Of a stretch of DNA of 64,000 nt, positions 19,301 to 28,198 are shown one piece after another. Within the stretch, counting starts at the first letter, position 1. Every line of letters begins with the position of its first letter. The stretch comes from an uncultured bacterium. Its GTDB lineage: Bacteria; Verrucomicrobiota; Kiritimatiellia; PWTM01. The translations under genes and the position numbers were made by a program. The notes below the pieces were generated by a model that saw nothing but the letters and a program-made list of their open reading frames with translations, had not been told where the DNA came from and made no database searches. The stretch is from contig CALLFZ010000004.1 in NCBI GenBank assembly GCA_938010045.1, positions 28,107-92,106 on the forward strand. The letters run 5' to 3'.

Positions 19301-22300
19301 GCGCGCTGGATTGATGGGCTGGTCGAGTCACGCGGGTCGAACACGACCTGACTGATCTCGTACAGGTCGTCCAGGCCGTCGTCGTCGGTGTCGCGACGGC
19401 CCGGATCGGTACCGTACACGACGATCTCGTCGCGGTTATTGATGCCGTCGCCATCGCTGTCATCCATGCCGTCCGGGATGCCGTCGCCGTCAGTGTCCTG
19501 TATCGTCGGGTTAGTGCCGGCCAAATATTCGCCGTAGTCGGAGAGGCCGTCCAGATCGTAGTCCGATGTGGCCGAGGCGGTGGTGAGGTTGCCGAAATAT
19601 CGGAACTCCCAGGCGTCGGGGATGCCGTCGCCGTCGGTGTCGGCACCGCCGCGTCCAGTGTACCAGTTGGTCGTTATGGAATACCGTTCGAACGTGACCC
19701 TCGCCGGCAAGGCGCTGCCCTGCGGCGGCAGCTCGATGTTCGTGATGCGGATGCCGGTCGGCGTCTGGTCCCACCAGCGACTCGCCGGCTGCGTATCTTC
19801 CGAGAACACCCGCTGGTTGCGAGTCCCAGGGAACGGATCGCCCGCGTCGCCGAGGTTCAGCCCGTCCTGAAGATCGGTGCGGCCGTCCGCCTGGAGGATT
19901 TCCCACGTGAAGTGGTTGTTCACCTTCTGCTGGATCGGCACGGCGTTATCGAAATCGCTGTAGTCAAAGTGTTCGATGTAAATACCACGCCCGCCGACCA
20001 CGTTATACTCGGTGTTATTGTCGGTGTACCATAGCCATAAGCCCTCCGCTGGCTTGGCGGGATTTCTGATGAAGTAATATTGGTTATTGTATCTCTCGAC
20101 GGGGAGCAAGTCGAGCGTAACGGGGCCGCCATCGAGCGGCAGAACGCTCGCCAGATCGGTGGGAGCGATCCACGGCCCGCCGATCCCAGCCATCAACTTA
20201 AGATCGGGAATTCCGTGCACCATTGAGCTGTTCGACATTAGATCATACGAGCCGATCGGCCAGTTGACGATGGGGTTGCCGCCGGACCACGTGTCGTAGT
20301 CATACAGGTCCGGCCACCCCATCAGGTCGTGTCCTTGCTCGTGACACAACAGCCCCATCCCGAAGTCCTGTGCCGCCGGATGCTGGTTCGGATCCCAGTT
20401 CGGATCGAACACGCCATCCGGCCGAATCTGAGGATTCTCCCCCGCCCCGTTCAGCGGCCGAACCTGGAAGAACATGGACAGCACGGCGTTCGTATCGCGG
20501 CTGATGAACGGGATGACTTGCCCCGAGGGCCCACCGAGCGCCGCCCAGCCCTCATGCCCCGGCGCGACCGGATAAATGCCGTACGCGTAGCCCAGCCCTA
20601 GCGAGGTGCGGCCGATCAGTTGGGCAAAATCTTCGCTCTGGTCCCACAGCTCGATCAGATGTTCCATGAATCTGTACCACGAGTGAACGCCATAACTGGG
20701 CGTGTCGGCAAGATAGTTGGCCTCGCCCTGCAATTCCCGGCCGCCGTCGAGATAACCATCGCAGTTGGTGTCGCGGAATTGCCGGGGATGCTCGTCGAGG
20801 CCGGGCACACCATCGCGACGGTGCGTAATGAACTCGATCGTCATTTGGTTGGCGCCATCGTAGCCGTTGCCCGCCAGAGTCAGGAATGCAAACGGACCAG
20901 CGCTCGGCGTGAATCCATCCCCCGGCCCATAAAAATTGGCGATACCTTCAATGTCATGCCCCCAAATCTCCTCGTTCCATGGAGATGTGACTTCGCCGAG
21001 CCGACCGTCGCCATAGGCCATCGACACGGAGTTCGTCGCAGTGAACTCAAACACATCCAGTCCTGAAACGGTGTTCCACCAAAGCGAATCCCCCAGCGCA
21101 TAACTGCCGGCGAGGTGATAAATCGAGGAGGGCATGTCGCAATACTCGGCCGGGCTGTCATAGCCCCACGACGTGGCGGGGATCCACAAGGTGGTGGGAT
21201 CCCGGCCACTGTTCGGGGTGTAGCGTTGAATTCGGTAAATGCCAGCGGGGAAGTCCGGCGCCGGTGTGATGCCCTGACCAAACACCTGCTGATACCAATC
21301 ATCCCAGGTGGGGTACCCGGAACGTGGATCCCACCCGCCGCCCGGCGCCGCCGACGACCAAAGCAGACGCCCGTTCGCGTCCACGGTGCCCGGCGTTGGC
21401 GGCGCGGTGCCCGTCACCGGCGCAGCGCGAGCATCCCAGACCCACTTACCCGAAACGCCTTGATCCGTCCAATCATCGGGCCCGTCATACCGACCGTTAA
21501 ACGCGCGCGCGACGAGCGCGGTCCAAGCGCCCGGGTAGTTCCAGGCAAGGTAGTTCGTGTAATAATCGTAGGTAAAGGATATTTGCCGGTTGCGCGTGTT
21601 GATACTACCGTTGGGAAGACGGTTCCCACGCTCCACGGAGCAGTTCGCAAGTAGCGCCGGCGGACACTGGACAAACGCGTGCGCGCCGCGCGCCGGATCA
21701 TAGATCGAAATAAAGTCCTCAAATCGCTCACCCGGCACCGCATCGGTCGGCTGCCCATCCTCGGAGTTCGTGATGCGCCGACTTGGATACGCAGGACGGT
21801 GGGCAACCACCGGCGATCGGAGATCACCATACAGTCGCACGCCGCTGGCCGGTGTGGCGGTCGCCAACTTGTACGTGCCGTACAATTCGCGGGCCGCAAA
21901 CAACCGGGCGCGGACAGGCCGAGGCGTCGGATACGCATTGGCCGGCGGCGGTCCCGCCGACTTCACGACATCCGACCAAGTATAGTAGCCCCGCGAGGCC
22001 GCCTGCTCGTTGGAATAGCAATACGCCTGGTACTCAATGTAGAGGCCGGTGTCCACGATCTGGAGCGCTCCGTTCGCATCGCTGGTCGCGTCCAGATACG
22101 TGTTTGGAGGAATCGTCGTGCCATCCGGCAGCGCACCGGGGATCGGAAAGGGATTGATCGGATACGGCATCGGGATCGCCGTGTTCGTCACGATCACATG
22201 CGTGAAGTCACCCTCGTTGCTCCCCGGCGTTCCAGGATCGGGAGAGAGATCGAGCTCGTTGTGCCCAGCGATCGCCACCTGCGCGCCACCGACGGCCACG

Positions 22301-23049
22301 TAGATCGTCAGCACACGGTTGAAACTGCCGTTGTCATTGTAGTCCGCAAACAACTCTCCGCCGTACTGGCTCCACACGCCGTCCACGTTACGCGGATTCC
22401 ATGCCGTCGGCTCGCCCGCAAACGGCACGACGTGGTCGCTGTCCCAAAAGTCCTCGCCGGGTTGAGGGGGATCCCACATGCCATTCGTGTTCACGTCCAC
22501 GAAGGCCTCCCCTGGCGTCCAGACTTGGTCCTCATCCGCCTCATCGTAAGCAAAGGCATAGAACAGGGAGTTGAAGGCGTTCAGGGAGTGCCGGCGATTC
22601 GGCGAACCGATCTCACCGCTGGGCAGGTTGACGGCACCGTCTGGATTGCGCCCTTCATCGGTTTCGAAATCAAACGCATCGGGCAAGCCGGTGCCGCGGA
22701 CAAACGGGCCGCGCGAGGGACGGGACCGTAGCGGCCAGGGCATTTGAACGAATCCGTAGGTCTTCGTGTCGCCGTACGCGCCGCGCAGCTTCGTGCCGGT
22801 GGTCTTGTCGTAATCGTAGTACGAGACTTCCTTCCAATAATTCTCGTATCGCGTTTGATACGCGTACTCGATGAAATTTCGAGCCAGATTCGGCGGGATG
22901 CCGTTCGTGTGACCTGACTTCGGGACGAGCGCCGGAAACACCGGCGTGATCCAGTCCGGTATGGGCTCCACGGCACGAACCGGCGCCCACCGCGCTGAGC
23001 CCCACAGCAGAACACTCACTGCTGCCATCGCCACCCATCGCCGATGCAT
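16363..23049 (-). CDS. giant secreted M6 (immune inhibitor A-like) zinc metalloprotease with TSP3 calcium-binding repeats and LamG domain
   Basis: ~2,228 aa. Signal peptide MHRRWVAMAAVSVLLWGSARWA. HEQGHDLMGWPDLYD matches the M6 HExxHxxGxPDxY motif. Multiple DTDGDGIPDG-type repeats and a LamG-like motif (LIDEVRIWNSARPP). Confidence 0.8.
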   Translation of the reverse strand: MHRRWVAMAAVSVLLWGSARWAPVRAVEPIPDWITPVFPALVPKSGHTNGIPPNLARNFIEYAYQTRYENYWKEVSYYDYDKTTGTKLRGAYGDTKTYGFVQMPWPLRSRPSRGPFVRGTGLPDAFDFETDEGRNPDGAVNLPSGEIGSPNRRHSLNAFNSLFYAFAYDEADEDQVWTPGEAFVDVNTNGMWDPPQPGEDFWDSDHVVPFAGEPTAWNPRNVDGVWSQYGGELFADYNDNGSFNRVLTIYVAVGGAQVAIAGHNELDLSPDPGTPGSNEGDFTHVIVTNTAIPMPYPINPFPIPGALPDGTTIPPNTYLDATSDANGALQIVDTGLYIEYQAYCYSNEQAASRGYYTWSDVVKSAGPPPANAYPTPRPVRARLFAARELYGTYKLATATPASGVRLYGDLRSPVVAHRPAYPSRRITNSEDGQPTDAVPGERFEDFISIYDPARGAHAFVQCPPALLANCSVERGNRLPNGSINTRNRQISFTYDYYTNYLAWNYPGAWTALVARAFNGRYDGPDDWTDQGVSGKWVWDARAAPVTGTAPPTPGTVDANGRLLWSSAAPGGGWDPRSGYPTWDDWYQQVFGQGITPAPDFPAGIYRIQRYTPNSGRDPTTLWIPATSWGYDSPAEYCDMPSSIYHLAGSYALGDSLWWNTVSGLDVFEFTATNSVSMAYGDGRLGEVTSPWNEEIWGHDIEGIANFYGPGDGFTPSAGPFAFLTLAGNGYDGANQMTIEFITHRRDGVPGLDEHPRQFRDTNCDGYLDGGRELQGEANYLADTPSYGVHSWYRFMEHLIELWDQSEDFAQLIGRTSLGLGYAYGIYPVAPGHEGWAALGGPSGQVIPFISRDTNAVLSMFFQVRPLNGAGENPQIRPDGVFDPNWDPNQHPAAQDFGMGLLCHEQGHDLMGWPDLYDYDTWSGGNPIVNWPIGSYDLMSNSSMVHGIPDLKLMAGIGGPWIAPTDLASVLPLDGGPVTLDLLPVERYNNQYYFIRNPAKPAEGLWLWYTDNNTEYNVVGGRGIYIEHFDYSDFDNAVPIQQKVNNHFTWEILQADGRTDLQDGLNLGDAGDPFPGTRNQRVFSEDTQPASRWWDQTPTGIRITNIELPPQGSALPARVTFERYSITTNWYTGRGGADTDGDGIPDAWEFRYFGNLTTASATSDYDLDGLSDYGEYLAGTNPTIQDTDGDGIPDGMDDSDGDGINNRDEIVVYGTDPGRRDTDDDGLDDLYEISQVVFDPRDSTSPSIQRALRFFGTPLSWMEIDREDPERRFQTGDITVEAWISPSAAMLGAGGRVYGRYWNTGLAQSFILGLTPAGLPYVAYNTGMGTIAVTNPAPVPMEPVGPNPLFVTNWTHLAASYEHASRLVRLWVNGESVGTAFNSTASGLTNAAGLVQRVGESFNGLIDEVRIWNSARPPTLIGCSGQEASLACYHKFDDFTSATPGLDGLWGTADDTMPRKGHVEDFVYPREWTNDWAHGASLFGNVAWFTNRFLFFPSLGVDSDMDGVPDAWENRYRAVMDPLVSDSHLDGDMDGWVNEEEFLASVLADGTYSNAPSPVSGLSWPTPIIRSIVKSTTATNAAGQFVMATYTTNSMEGAPDAVVIVAAGNVPQANPFTLQSQGYSAGHMKGGANWAYAFRDFNNNETWDPGEPFGLAEGLPVGGTWAFNEFTFGLSVTRPGFHRFSWPAQGTTNDYRVRIANAGGAAIIDRFIRGRTFVHEGDYIAAGYANGLPYSTSWRYYVYRAPDDPFKVAPIAQGEFSVSVASRLPAAPTPITANDAVRRTAVDWLAFVMDTNSVRYELVVVNAGGTPVFSRIDLAPVPDNDGVQRVRVPIYEDGVYTWQVRGWNALGAGAWSPARTLQVNLAAGPTGPYDIAGEVFYQGKVLNPRIIVEAFGSRDFHGMPWARAVVQKVSVTNEGVAGRVQFRLRGLNAGTYYVRAYMDQNNNGRLDAWESRGWIAAPVSAYRAADVATPPSASGQVLVLHDRDTDNDHLPDAYEFFLTGGLATMGRGAVRGWTDTDGDGLNDLEEYLESAVDSNPTLADTDGDGIPDGVEVLLHGTNPRVIDTDGDGVPDGVELTVGSSPLVRDSDGDGVPDGLELARGASPLKVDTDGDGFPDILEIAAGTNPNDPASKPGCEQLLEISGLRRIGSAIEARLRLARGISQLTEHIEVWVESAPTLSGPWTPMAGNATGMAPTTNPSEERAVTATGDDTAARVRYYRLRWRLKD

Positions 23050-23062
23050 GGTTGGTTTCTCC

Positions 23063-24067
23063 TTACGGTGTCGTGCGCACACGTTCCGGTTGATCCGCGA
23101 CAGCCGCCGCCATCTGGGCTGAGGGAACAACGACGGGCTGGCCCGTCGCCGGATCCACCAGCGGCGCGCTCCGATGGATCTCGCGCCACTCGGCCATTAA
23201 CTCCCGCTGACGCGCGAGCGCCGCATCCACATCCTCGCGCCATCGCGCGACATCTGGCATCGCCGCCATCGCGTCATTCAACGCTCTCGCCGCATTGTGC
23301 ACTCGCTCGGTATATGCACGAGCGGTCTCGCTCGTTCGCGCCGCTCGCATGAGACTGGAGAGCTCGACGCGAGCCGCCCGGTTCGCCGCCTCCGCCTCGC
23401 GCGCCGCCGCGCCGGCCGCGAGCAACTCTTGGTTCAGCTCGCGCAGCAGTTCCATTCGCGCCTCGGCCACGGCCATCCGCGCGGCATCTCGACGGCACCA
23501 CTCACACTCGTCGCTCGTGCTGCTGGCGCCTTGCGGCACGTGGTCCTCGATGTGCCGCTTGAGCGCCTCGACTCGAGCCGCGGCCTCCGCGGCCCGACGC
23601 TGCGCCGCCTGCGCGCGCCGCTCGGCCTCGGCGCGACCCGGCAAGTCACGCAGATACTGCTCCAACGCCGCTCGGGCGTCGCGCAGTTCGGCCACGAGCG
23701 GCGCAATGGCCGGGGCGCCCGCGGCCTGCGCGCGCGCCAGCGTCCACTCCCGCTCCGCCTCCATCCGGCGCGCCTCTAATTCGCCATACTCGCGGCCAAT
23801 CTCTTCAAGACGCCGCCGCTGTTCGTCGGTGAAACGGCGCTCGAGCTCCTTCGTCGCCACGTGATCCTGCTCGGTCGCTGCAGGCTCGGTCGACGGCATC
23901 GCGAGCGGGCGTTCGGTCAGCTCCACCGACCCCGAGCGAGGCGTATCATCGCTCTGACCGACGGATGGACGTCGCGGCGACACGATGGCCATGACGATCC
24001 ACACCACCACCGCCACGATCACGGCCAACAATCCCGCCGCGAACCGGCTCTGAACACACCCCTTCAT
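23063..24067 (-). CDS. membrane-anchored coiled-coil protein (Ala/Arg/Glu-rich)
   Basis: N-terminal TM segment (LLAVIVAVVVWIVMAIV) followed by a long helical region. 13 nt upstream of the giant protease gene on the same strand. Confidence 0.55.
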   Translation of the reverse strand: MKGCVQSRFAAGLLAVIVAVVVWIVMAIVSPRRPSVGQSDDTPRSGSVELTERPLAMPSTEPAATEQDHVATKELERRFTDEQRRRLEEIGREYGELEARRMEAEREWTLARAQAAGAPAIAPLVAELRDARAALEQYLRDLPGRAEAERRAQAAQRRAAEAAARVEALKRHIEDHVPQGASSTSDECEWCRRDAARMAVAEARMELLRELNQELLAAGAAAREAEAANRAARVELSSLMRAARTSETARAYTERVHNAARALNDAMAAMPDVARWREDVDAALARQRELMAEWREIHRSAPLVDPATGQPVVVPSAQMAAAVADQPERVRTTP

Positions 24068-24341
24068 TGCTGTACTTAAGTAAACCACAAATGCCGGGAG
24101 GCCGCAACAACCGCAAACGGGCGCAGCGCGTTCCCTCCCTGCGTCTGCCCGATACCACACCCCCATCCGCCCTCGGTCTTCGATTGGGACCCCGCACCCC
24201 GGCGCCGCGGTCCGGGAGGCGAGCGGTCAACCGGCCCGTTCGCCGCTGCGGGCTCGGGTTCTCCATGCCGGGAGAACTACGGAGGATCTCAAGCAGCGCC
24301 ACCGGGTCCGAACCCGCATGCGGACGTTCAGCGGAACCAGC

Positions 24342-24950
24342 TCAATGCGCGGCTGTCCACAAATCCCGGTGGCGATGCAGGTAGAGCAGACCGGAGATCA
24401 CCGTCATCAGCGCCGCCGCAACCGAAAGCGCCCACGCGCCGTGTCCCAACATGCGCGCCCACGCCTCCATCGCGGACGGCGGTCCGTGCAGCAGCGCATC
24501 ATGATACACCGCCCAGCCGGCGAGAATCGCAAGAATCGCCGCCATCTGCCCAATCGTTTTGTGCTTCCCCCACGACTCCGCCGAAATGTCGCGGCCCGAC
24601 CGCCCCGCCAAAATCCGCAGACCGGTCACGAGAAATTCCCGCGCGAGGATGACCACCACCACCCAGGCGGGAACCAGTCCGTGCCTGGCGCCGGGCAAAC
24701 GGATCTCCACGAGGCTCACGAGCGCAGCCGCCACAAGGACCTTGTCGGCCAGCGGATCCAGCAACTGCCCCAATAGCGTCACGCCGTGGCGTCCGCGGGC
24801 CAGCCGCCCATCCAACCAGTCCGTGACCGCCGCCGCCAGAAACACCAGCACCGCCACCGTCGCGCTCCCACGAGCGTCCATCCTCAACAACGCGAGCAGC
24901 AGGCCCGATAGACCGAGCCGCCCCAACGTCAACGCGTTCGGCAGGTTCAC
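24342..24950 (-). CDS. pgsA: CDP-diacylglycerol--glycerol-3-phosphate 3-phosphatidyltransferase
   Basis: CDP-alcohol phosphatidyltransferase motif DWLDGRLAR...G..LDPLADK. GTG start in a GTGA overlap with the upstream stop. Confidence 0.8.
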   Translation of the reverse strand: MNLPNALTLGRLGLSGLLLALLRMDARGSATVAVLVFLAAAVTDWLDGRLARGRHGVTLLGQLLDPLADKVLVAAALVSLVEIRLPGARHGLVPAWVVVVILAREFLVTGLRILAGRSGRDISAESWGKHKTIGQMAAILAILAGWAVYHDALLHGPPSAMEAWARMLGHGAWALSVAAALMTVISGLLYLHRHRDLWTAAH

Positions 24951-25609
24951 GGCCGCGTTGCCGCCGCCGGCGCCACCGACCGCACACCGGCAGGATCGAG
25001 ATACGGATCCGGCGGCGGCTCGATCACATCCGATGCGGCGTGCAAAGTTCCACCAGCCTCGATGCGCCAGTGCCGCGTCCACACGGCCAGGCCGCGAACC
25101 GCGAGCCATCCACCACCGAGCAGCAGCACCGCGACGACAAGGGCGCGGGCCGCGCGCCGAAACGCCGACGAGGTCAACACCGAACCCACCGACCGCATTC
25201 GGTCCGTCCATCCCGACGCGGCGGGCGCGGCCGCCGACGAAGCCCCACCGTCGCCGACCAGCTCGGTGGGCGGTGCCAGTTCCGGCGAAGGCGGCAGCCG
25301 ACGCGGCACCACCCGCGATGTGACATCGGGGGTCAGCGGAGGCCGCGCATCGCCCCACCGCTGCAGGTACTCGCGAACGAGCGCCTCGCGGTCCAGACCG
25401 AGATACCCCCCGTACAGTCTCAAAAACCCTTTCACGTACACCGGCGCGCCCACGCGGTCGAACTGGTCGTTCTCCATCATTTCGAGCTGCGTCGCTTTGA
25501 TGCGCGTCGCCTCGGCCGCCTGCGAGAGTGTAACGTTGCGCCGCAACCGCGCCGCGCGCAGCCGCTGACCCAGCGAGGTCGTCTCGTTGCTGTCGTGCGT
25601 GGTGCTCAT
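24947..25609 (-). CDS. RodZ-like helix-turn-helix membrane protein
   Basis: N-terminus LGQRLRAARLRRNVTLSQAAEATRIKATQLEMMENDQFDRVGAPVYVKGFLRLYGGYLGLD matches the RodZ HTH consensus. A TM segment follows. ATGA overlap with the ftsK stop. Confidence 0.7.
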   Translation of the reverse strand: MSTTHDSNETTSLGQRLRAARLRRNVTLSQAAEATRIKATQLEMMENDQFDRVGAPVYVKGFLRLYGGYLGLDREALVREYLQRWGDARPPLTPDVTSRVVPRRLPPSPELAPPTELVGDGGASSAAAPAASGWTDRMRSVGSVLTSSAFRRAARALVVAVLLLGGGWLAVRGLAVWTRHWRIEAGGTLHAASDVIEPPPDPYLDPAGVRSVAPAAATRP

Positions 25610-28131
25610 GCGTCCTGCTCGTTCTCCGCCCCGGCCCCGCCGGCCGCCGCCGGGTTGATCGGGATCTCGCCATCCAGGTCAATCAAAATCTCACGGGGAT
25701 CCGATCCCTGCGCCGGGCCGACGATCCCACGCTCTTCGAGCAGATCCATCAGTCTCGCCGCGCGAGTGTAACCGATCCGCAGGCGCCGCTGCAGCGACGA
25801 GGTCGAAGCGCGCCGAGTCTGGCGGATCACCTCGATCGCCTGCTCGATCAGTTCCTCGTCCTCCTCGAGATCCGGAATCTCGGAGGTCTTCTTTTCGAGC
25901 TTTTCGACGATCGCCGATTCGTACGCCGGAGCCCCCTGCCGCTTCCAGTGGTCCGCCACCGCCAGCACGTCGCGATCGGTGACCAGACACCCTTGGGCGC
26001 GGACGAGCCGCCCGATCCCCGGGGGCAGGAACAGCATGTCGCCGCGGCCGAGCAGTTTGTCCGCGCCGTTCGCGTCCAAAATCGTACGACTGTCGTTTTT
26101 CTGCGCGACCTGAAACGCGATGCGCGCGGGGAAATTCGCCTTGATGGTACCGGTGATCACGTCCACCGACGGCCGCTGTGTCGCGAGAATCATGTGAATA
26201 CCAACCGCCCGTGAGAGCTGCGCGAGCCGGGCAATCTGGTTTTCGATCTCCGCCTGCGCCACGAGCATCAGGTCGGCCAACTCGTCCACCACCACGACGA
26301 TGTAGGGCAGCCGATCGGGAATCGCGGCCTCGCGCCGCTCGGGCTCTATCCCGCCGAAGAGGTCCGGTTGGTTCACCATCACCCGCGAGTTGAACGCCTT
26401 GATGTTGCGGACGCCCGCGCGCGCGAACAGCTTGTAGCGCGCCTCCATCTCCTGGATTGCCCAGCGCAGGCCGTGCGTGACCTTCTTCGCATCGGTGATC
26501 ACCGGCACGACGAGGTGGGGCAGATCGCGAAATGCCGCGAACTCGACGATTTTCGGATCCACGAGAAGAAGCCGTAGCTGGTCGGGCGTACGGCACATGA
26601 GCAAGCCCGTGAGCAGCGAGTTCATGCACACGGTCTTCCCAGAACCGGTGGCGCCGGCGATGAGCAGGTGGGGCATGTCGGCCAGATCAGCGATGAGCAC
26701 CCGACCGCCGACGTCTTTGCCGATCGCCAGCGGCAGCGCCGCACGCGTCGCACGCCAGGCTTCGCTCTCCACCACCTCGCGCAAATATACGACCGCGGTC
26801 TTGGGATTCGGCACCTCGATGCCGATCACGCCCTTGCCCGGTACCGGCGCCAGCACGCGCACGCTTTCGGCCTTGAGCGACAGGCCAATGTTGTTGCTGA
26901 GACTGACGATCTTCTCCACACGCACGCCGGGCGCGGGCAGAAGCTCGTAGCGCGTGACGACCGGTCCGGTTTCGACGTTTGTGATCCGCGCCTCGATGCC
27001 GAAGTCGGCCAACGTCTCGATCAGCGTCTGTTGCGAGCGCTGAAGATCATCCGCGATGACACGCTCGGCGTCGGGCGGCAACGGCTCCAGCAGATCGGGC
27101 GTGGGCAACGTCCACGGGCGCGCCGCTCCCGCCGGCCCATCCGCGGACGACAGCGCAGGCACCGAAGCCGGCTCCGTCTTCGGCTCTGAAGGAGGCGGCG
27201 TCGCGCGGACCGGGCGGGGCGTCTCTCCCCCGCCTTCGCTGCGCACCTCGGCCACCGAGGCCACCGCCGGAGAGGGCGGCGCAACCGCCGGCGGTGGGCT
27301 CGGCGATCGGGGTGGGCGGGTGGGCGGTGTTGAGGGCGGAGCGACAGCCGCTGATGCTGTGGACGGAACAAGGGTCGGCGGTGGTTCGGCCGGCATTGCA
27401 GGCGCCGGCGGCGGACGGTCGGGAATTTCACCGTGACGTCGAAGCGCTTCCTCGATCGTCCTCCGCTTCTTCGCGACCTGGGTTTCCGCCTCGGCGAGCC
27501 GCGCGAGACGGTCCATACGCCGCCATCGAGCCTCGCGCCAGCCGTCGCACAGCGCCCTCACTTTACCCACCGTCCACAGCCCAATCCGATAGGGGCTGAT
27601 CCTGAGGAAAAACACCAGACCGGCGGCGAATGCGGTGGAGGCAACAATCAACGCTCCCATCTCGCCAAACCAAGGCACGAGCACGCGCCGCCCCAGCCCT
27701 ACGCCCACAACCCCCCCCGCGGAGGGCAGGTTCAACGTATCCGCCCACTCCAGTGTGATCCCTGGCCGCAGGTCCAGAAGAACCGCCCAGCTGACCACCA
27801 GCAGCGCAAGCCACAACCCTCGAGGCCACACGGGGCCGATGCGTTGAAAGAAAAAGAAACCGGTCCACACCAACAAGCCCACTGCCAACGCCCAGGCGGG
27901 CAGCCCCACCAGCGTATAGAGGGCGTAGGCCGACCACGCGCCGGTCAAACCGATCAGATTGTGAGGCGGACGATTCGGCGGTGCCGCATTGGCGGAGACG
28001 TCATAGGGATCGTAGGAGCCGAGCGCCAGCAACAACATCAGACAGCCGGCCAGCAGGATGAATCCCGCGCTCTCCCGCCACCCGAGGCCGTCCCCCGTCG
28101 TTTTCTTGACCACCATGGCTCGTCCCAACAT
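25606..28131 (-). CDS. ftsK: DNA translocase FtsK
   Basis: N-terminal TM region, a Pro-rich linker, an ATPase core (GATGSGKT.. Walker A) and the C-terminal gamma domain (LQRRLRIGYTRAARLMDLLEERGIV). Confidence 0.93.
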   Translation of the reverse strand: MLGRAMVVKKTTGDGLGWRESAGFILLAGCLMLLLALGSYDPYDVSANAAPPNRPPHNLIGLTGAWSAYALYTLVGLPAWALAVGLLVWTGFFFFQRIGPVWPRGLWLALLVVSWAVLLDLRPGITLEWADTLNLPSAGGVVGVGLGRRVLVPWFGEMGALIVASTAFAAGLVFFLRISPYRIGLWTVGKVRALCDGWREARWRRMDRLARLAEAETQVAKKRRTIEEALRRHGEIPDRPPPAPAMPAEPPPTLVPSTASAAVAPPSTPPTRPPRSPSPPPAVAPPSPAVASVAEVRSEGGGETPRPVRATPPPSEPKTEPASVPALSSADGPAGAARPWTLPTPDLLEPLPPDAERVIADDLQRSQQTLIETLADFGIEARITNVETGPVVTRYELLPAPGVRVEKIVSLSNNIGLSLKAESVRVLAPVPGKGVIGIEVPNPKTAVVYLREVVESEAWRATRAALPLAIGKDVGGRVLIADLADMPHLLIAGATGSGKTVCMNSLLTGLLMCRTPDQLRLLLVDPKIVEFAAFRDLPHLVVPVITDAKKVTHGLRWAIQEMEARYKLFARAGVRNIKAFNSRVMVNQPDLFGGIEPERREAAIPDRLPYIVVVVDELADLMLVAQAEIENQIARLAQLSRAVGIHMILATQRPSVDVITGTIKANFPARIAFQVAQKNDSRTILDANGADKLLGRGDMLFLPPGIGRLVRAQGCLVTDRDVLAVADHWKRQGAPAYESAIVEKLEKKTSEIPDLEEDEELIEQAIEVIRQTRRASTSSLQRRLRIGYTRAARLMDLLEERGIVGPAQGSDPREILIDLDGEIPINPAAAGGAGAENEQDA

Positions 28132-28198
28132 CCGGTCCGACGGCCTTCAGCCGCCGGGCAACCGCCCGGGCCGGCCACCTCCGCCCGCCAACAGCGGG

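Noticed and set aside
24342-25200. Longer pgsA (446-aa ORF 24342..25682)
   Set aside because: Its upstream part overlaps the RodZ-like gene, which is well supported by homology, in another frame. A GTG start in the GTGA overlap at 24950 gives a canonical ~200-aa PgsA.
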